Both the position numbers and the translations under genes were made by a program. A DNA stretch of 64,000 nt from the human T2T-CHM13v2.0 reference genome, Homo sapiens: the NCBI RefSeq assembly GCF_009914755.1, contig NC_060926.1. The stretch is one strand, 5' to 3'. Below the pieces are notes generated by a model. That model was not told the origin of the DNA. It searched no databases and saw only the letters and a list, made by a program, of their open reading frames with translations. Shown in pieces: positions 58,890 to 64,000 of the stretch (positions are counted from its first letter, which is position 1; every line of letters begins with the position of its first letter).

Positions 58890-60832
58890 CATGCATGTGT
58901 ATTTGAAACATTCACTGGGAGGGAACTGCATATAAAACTAAACCCGGAGAGCCCATACTGATCCTGGATTGTTCTGGGGGATTTGGGTTGTCAAAGATCA
59001 CCACAAAGTATCCTGTTAGAGGCTCAGGGCTTTTTTTTTTTTAAACTGAACTCACTGGCAAAAATGAACTTCTTGAGGGAAAAGCATGGATGATAGAATG
59101 GTATCACCTCTGGTGAGTGTTAGTTAGAAGTTTCTTGAACACTAGAGAGAGTTGAAGGAAGGATAAATTCTTGACAGTAGCACAGACTGTACAACAAGGC
59201 ATCAAGATGGAGAACTAGGGACATCATGAATATACAACATTTGCTTACTTTTTCCTGGTACTACGGGAGAAGTCATGTTTAGCATTCACTATACATGGTT
59301 TCAATATTACCTTGAATTGTCTTTAATTAACCAACTTCAGGAAATTTGAGATCATTCATTCATTTGTATGTAGTGAATTTGTGTGTAGAGAACAAATAGA
59401 GGTGCTCAAATGGAATTTTGGTCTGTCCCCAATTCAGCCAGGGGTAGGGTCCCTGTAGATAGGGTAGCAGCTGTCAAGGATGTGTGTTCAGGAAATCCAG
59501 GCAGCAGGAGAGTGAGCAGTGGTTCATGGCATAGTTGTAGTCACAGAAGGGCACGTGACTGAGGGACGAAATTCAGCGTGGGCAACTCACGAGGACTCTA
59601 AGAACCTCATCTTCTCTAGTCCTTCTCTTTTCATGGGTAGACCTGTTCATTTCCCCACCCGCCCACCCACACACCTCTCACATACATTTATACTGAACTG
59701 TGTACTTGACTGTATATCCCTTCTGTTGGATTATAAAATACTTAAAGACAGAGCCTGTATCTTTTATTTAATATGCACTATTTAATCTGAAATTTAATAT
59801 TTAATATTAATATTTTATACAGTTCTATATATTCTGATGTATCTTAATAAATACTTGTTTAGTGAGTAATTTTTTAAAATTATATTTAAGGAATTGTTTA
59901 GGTCATTTCTCTTCAGGGTTCCTTCCTCTCTCTCCCTCCCTTCTTTCATTCTTCCTTTCCTTCTTTCCTCCCTCCCTCCCTTACCACCCCCTTTCTTTTC
60001 TTTCTAACTTTTTTGTTTATAAGAGTTTAATGTTGGTTCAGGTCATAATTTATACAATTTACTTTGTATTTCTTTTCTGATTTCTATGTCCTAGTAAAGG
60101 ATAGCATTTTAAAAGTCTTTTTCCAGAGGTTGTAGTTATGTTATTTTCAAGTCCATCCCTTGATTCAAGTAAGTAGGATTGCCTTTAAATAGGCTATTAT
60201 TTGATATCTGCCAAAGGCATTGAAGAGTCTTAAAATTATGGCCCAGTAAACTCTCTTGCTTGATATTATACCAATGTTAATCCACAGAAAGTCAAAGGTT
60301 TTTCACTTGCAAATTTGATTTTAAATGAATTTTTATTGAACCCACCCCACCCGCAATTTCTTGGCTTATGAATCCTCTTATGAACCTGCCTGTCTTAGCA
60401 AAAAAATAAGAACAGTGCTCTAGAACTGCAGCAGTTTATTCTATATTTTTTCAATTATATTTTTGCCCTGTGTGTTAGGGATCATGAACTATAGTATTCA
60501 TTACTTGTATGATTTGATACTTTTATGAAATAAAATCTTTTAAAGATAAAATTTGCAGAATATTTTAAAATGTCAGTATAATAATATTCTTACTATATTC
60601 TCTTGTAACAATGTATATGGTTGGTGTGGGCACAGAAAGAAGAGTGGGAAAAATTCTTATGTCAGTGCTGGGTCAGTAACAGTGGAGGATAATAGGAAGG
60701 CAATGGGACAGTATCAGGTTCAGACCTTTGCAAGTTAACTGAAATCTTGATCACTGTTAAAGGGAATTTCCATCTTGGAGACTAGTGTCCAGAACATGCA
60801 TGTTGGGGAGATAATACTTGGGTCATGGCCAT

Positions 60833-60836
60833 GTGT

Positions 60837-60872
<36 letters not shown>
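60833..60872. repeat. (TG)n microsatellite, one interruption
   Basis: Visible TG run. Confidence 0.93.
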
Positions 60873-60874
<2 letters not shown>

Positions 60875-61479
60875 TTTCAATATACAGGTGCAGAAAAAAT
60901 CCTGAGAGAGATGGAAATGGTTGTTCTACAGGCTGTAAACGATGGGAAGTCCAGTGACCTTACTTGGAGAGGAATGAGAGAGGGGGAGGAATGGAAAGGG
61001 AATTTCTCTACTAGAATATGTGTCTCACTCTGATAATTACATATTCAAAAATGTCCATTATTGGAATATCTGTCCATCATATGCATGCATTCACATCAAT
61101 ATTATCCATTCATCCATCCACCCATCTATCCCTCCATCCATCCATTCATTCACTTATCCATTTTCTGTTCATTCACTGATCCAAATGCTGGGAAATTGCA
61201 TGATACCTTTTTACTGTTAATCTCCAGAATGATCTGTCATTCCAGGCTGATTACATTCTGCTTTTCCCTTCTTAAGGTTTTGTGTTTTTTCATTTTAACA
61301 TTGAAAAATATGTATCTTTAAGCTTATAAAATAAATACATGTTTAAAACCAAGGAAATGCAAAATAGTTTAAAGAATATTGAGAAGAAACTAGGGGAAAG
61401 AATTACTACAAATCCACTACACAAATAAAAACACTGCTAACATTTTCATTTAGTGTTTCTCTTTTTAAATGAGTTAGAA

Positions 61480-62019
61480 AGTTGCAATCAAATCAAAACC
61501 ACAATGAGATATCATCCCACCCTTGTTAGAATGGCTGTTATAAAAAATAGCAAATGCTTATGAGGATGTAGAGAAAAAAAAGAACTACCATAAGATCCAG
61601 CAATCCCACTTCTGAGTATATATACAAAGGAAAGGAAATCAGTATTTCAAAGGGATACCTGTACCCTGTGTTTATTGTAGCACTATTTACAATAAGCAAG
61701 ATATGGAATCAACTTAAATGTCCATCAACAGATAAATGGATAAAGAAAATGTGGTATATACACACAATGGAATGCTATTCAGCCATAAGAAAGAATCAGA
61801 TCTGATCCTTTGCAGCAATGTGGATGAGTCTAAGGGACATTATGTTAAGTGAAGTAAGTCAGGCACAGAAAGACAGAAGCCACATGTTTTCACTCACATG
61901 TAGGAGCTAAAACATTCCTGATCTCATAGAGGTAGAGAATAGAATGATAGACACCAGAGCCTGGGAAGGGTATGTGGGTGGGGTGCAGAAGTATGAAAAA
62001 GAGGGGTTGGTAGGGGTAA
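61480..62019 (+). mobile_element. L1MA/MB ORF2 end and 3'UTR fragment, 3'-truncated
   Basis: 'aaatcaaaaccacaatgagat...ccagcaatcccacttctgag...gagaatagaatgatag'. Confidence 0.85.
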
Positions 62020-62735
62020 AAAGCTGCATTTCTATAAAAAGCAATTCATAAGCTGATAAACTTTCTGTGCGTTCTTGAGATCCCATGTGACAACATATAG
62101 CTGATTTAAGCAGAAAAAAAAAAAAGTTTACTACTGGGCTGCTCTTTTAGCAACCCCACAGCTCCCATCAGGCACAGGTACTGCAAAGTGTACCAGTGAA
62201 CTTCTGTCAGTACTTCTGACAGCTCGATGTGTCTGCTCTCACCTTAGCAGATAGAACATGTCCTGTGAGATGTCTACCTTTTCACATTGCATTTGAATAG
62301 CATATTCGCAAGGGTGATTCTGATATCATAGCCAAATCATCCTTGTACCCTGACTGCAGGAGAAACTGGGAAAATAAGTTCCTGGCATAGACTCAAAATG
62401 TGTCAAATTCTTCAGATAGAAGCACTTTAAAAAGTACTAGTGAGCCCAAAGCATGAAAAATGTCCACCAAAATTTTCCCTTGACTGTCCTATGTCTATTG
62501 TCCCTCTTTCTCTCTCTCTTTTTTTAAGACTTGTAACCAATATCAACAATAGCAAAAACTAAGTGTTCTAATCTGAGTTAGTGCAACAAACTCCCAAACA
62601 AATCTGATACACCCTTTCTCCAAAAGGAAGACAGTATAAAATTCATTGGTTTTCACGTCCAGTTCCATGTCCAGCATCTTTAGCTTGTGACCATTTCTCC
62701 CCTACCTTCATCGTGATCCTGTGTTGATTTTCTAT

Positions 62736-63030
62736 TTTTATTTTTATTTTTCGAGGGGGAGTCTTGCTCTATAACCCAGGCTGGAGCATAGTGGCATGAC
62801 CTTGGCTCACTGCAACCTCTACCTTACAGGATGAAGCAATTCTCCTGTCTCAGCCTCTCGAGTAGCTGGGATTTCAGGTGCATGCCATCACCCCTGATGA
62901 TTTTTGTATTTTTAGTTGGGACAGGGTTTTACCATGTTGGCCAGGCTAGTCTTGAATCCTGACCTCAATGATCTATGTGCCTCGGCCTCCCAGAGTGCTG
63001 GGATTACAGGCATGAGCCAGGGCACCTGGC
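62736..63030 (-). mobile_element. AluS
   Basis: Antisense Alu. 18-bp TSD CCTGTGTTGATTTTCTAT (62718-62735, 63031-63048). Confidence 0.95.
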
Positions 63031-63789
63031 CCTGTGTTGATTTTCTATAACATATGGACTAAATTGTAAAGTAAAAACCAACAATATGCTTCACATAAAA
63101 GAGCAGAAAAAAGTGAATAGAAGAAAATTAAAAAAATTATAGCTATAAACATTAAAATAAATAGAAATTTTGGATGTATACTGTAGTCCTCATTTCTGCA
63201 GAAAGATTATGTGGCAATGGTTATTTTGGTCTCCCTCTTCCTATCGCATCTGATTTTTAAATTAATGGTCAATAGCACCAATACCTCTTTTTTTCCAATA
63301 TTATTAAAGTATGGAACTAAGCCTTTTTCACATTCAGAATGTAACTAATCTGAATCAGTTTTGAGACTTTGTATCCTGGTGATGTATGCAGACTTCTCCT
63401 GCATTTGAATATTCTATGACATAAATATTTCAGAAGATTTAGAAATGTCTACTCCCTTTAATTGCAGTCCTAGTGTGTGACTATCTTCTACACTTAAAAA
63501 ATAACTTTTATTTTTATTGCAGCATCATGTGCATTCTTTGAAGATAGTGTTGTAACCGTTAAGAATTCAAATTTAAGTTAAAATTAAACCTGTTCTGGTG
63601 TTATGAACTTAAAAAAACCTCAACTGAGGATGATAATCAGAAAGCAGATTATATGGATGTCTTAGAACACTTGGGACTATTTTAATTTATTCATCTGGGT
63701 GATAATAGGTACATTTTCTTGAAATTAGATTATGAAACGCATGGCAGTTTTAGGCATTTTTAAATGTAGAAAGCATGCATCTTATTATG

Positions 63790-64000
63790 CAGTAGTCCCC
63801 TCTTATCCACGGTTTTGCTTCCCACAGTTTCAGTTACGGTATACTACAATAAGATATTTTGGGAGAAAGAGACAGAGAGATCACATTCACATAACCTTTA
63901 TTATACTATATTGTTATAATTGTTTTATTTGAATATTAGTGTTGTTAATCTCTTACAGTGTCTGATTTATAAATTAAACTTCAAGTATGTGTATATATAC
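63790..64000 (+). mobile_element. MER44 (Tigger7-derived MITE), runs off window end
   Basis: 'cagtagtcccctcttatccacggttttgct...gagagatcacattcacataac'. Confidence 0.8.

Overview
Primate (human-like) genomic DNA. It is AT-rich, dense in interspersed repeats (Alu, L1, MaLR/ERV LTRs, MIR, L2, DNA transposon relics) and has no recognisable intact protein-coding exon. The main feature is a near full-length, intronless LIN28A processed pseudogene at 43635-49033 (+). It has a 13-bp TSD, a lost start codon (ATG>ATA), a premature stop, a frameshift and the whole 3'UTR, and it is interrupted by a 5'-inverted (twin-primed) L1PA. The most striking observation is in the inverted Alu pair copied from the LIN28A 3'UTR. 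Both Alus carry strand-specific A>G substitutions on the mRNA-sense strand (about 25 in total, by eye against Alu consensus) and almost no T>C changes. This fits an ADAR-hyperedited LIN28A mRNA that was reverse-transcribed into the germline, a genomic fossil of A-to-I editing. Other points of interest are an upstream sense THE1 LTR with a DUX4-type motif, a retained CpG island, retained let-7/miR-125 sites, a second possible LTR-terminated retrocopy, two short templated duplications at L1 breakpoints and a perfect 18-bp inverted repeat. Comparisons with parent and consensus sequences were made by eye from memory and need alignment to confirm. Repeat boundaries and subfamilies are approximate unless a TSD is quoted.
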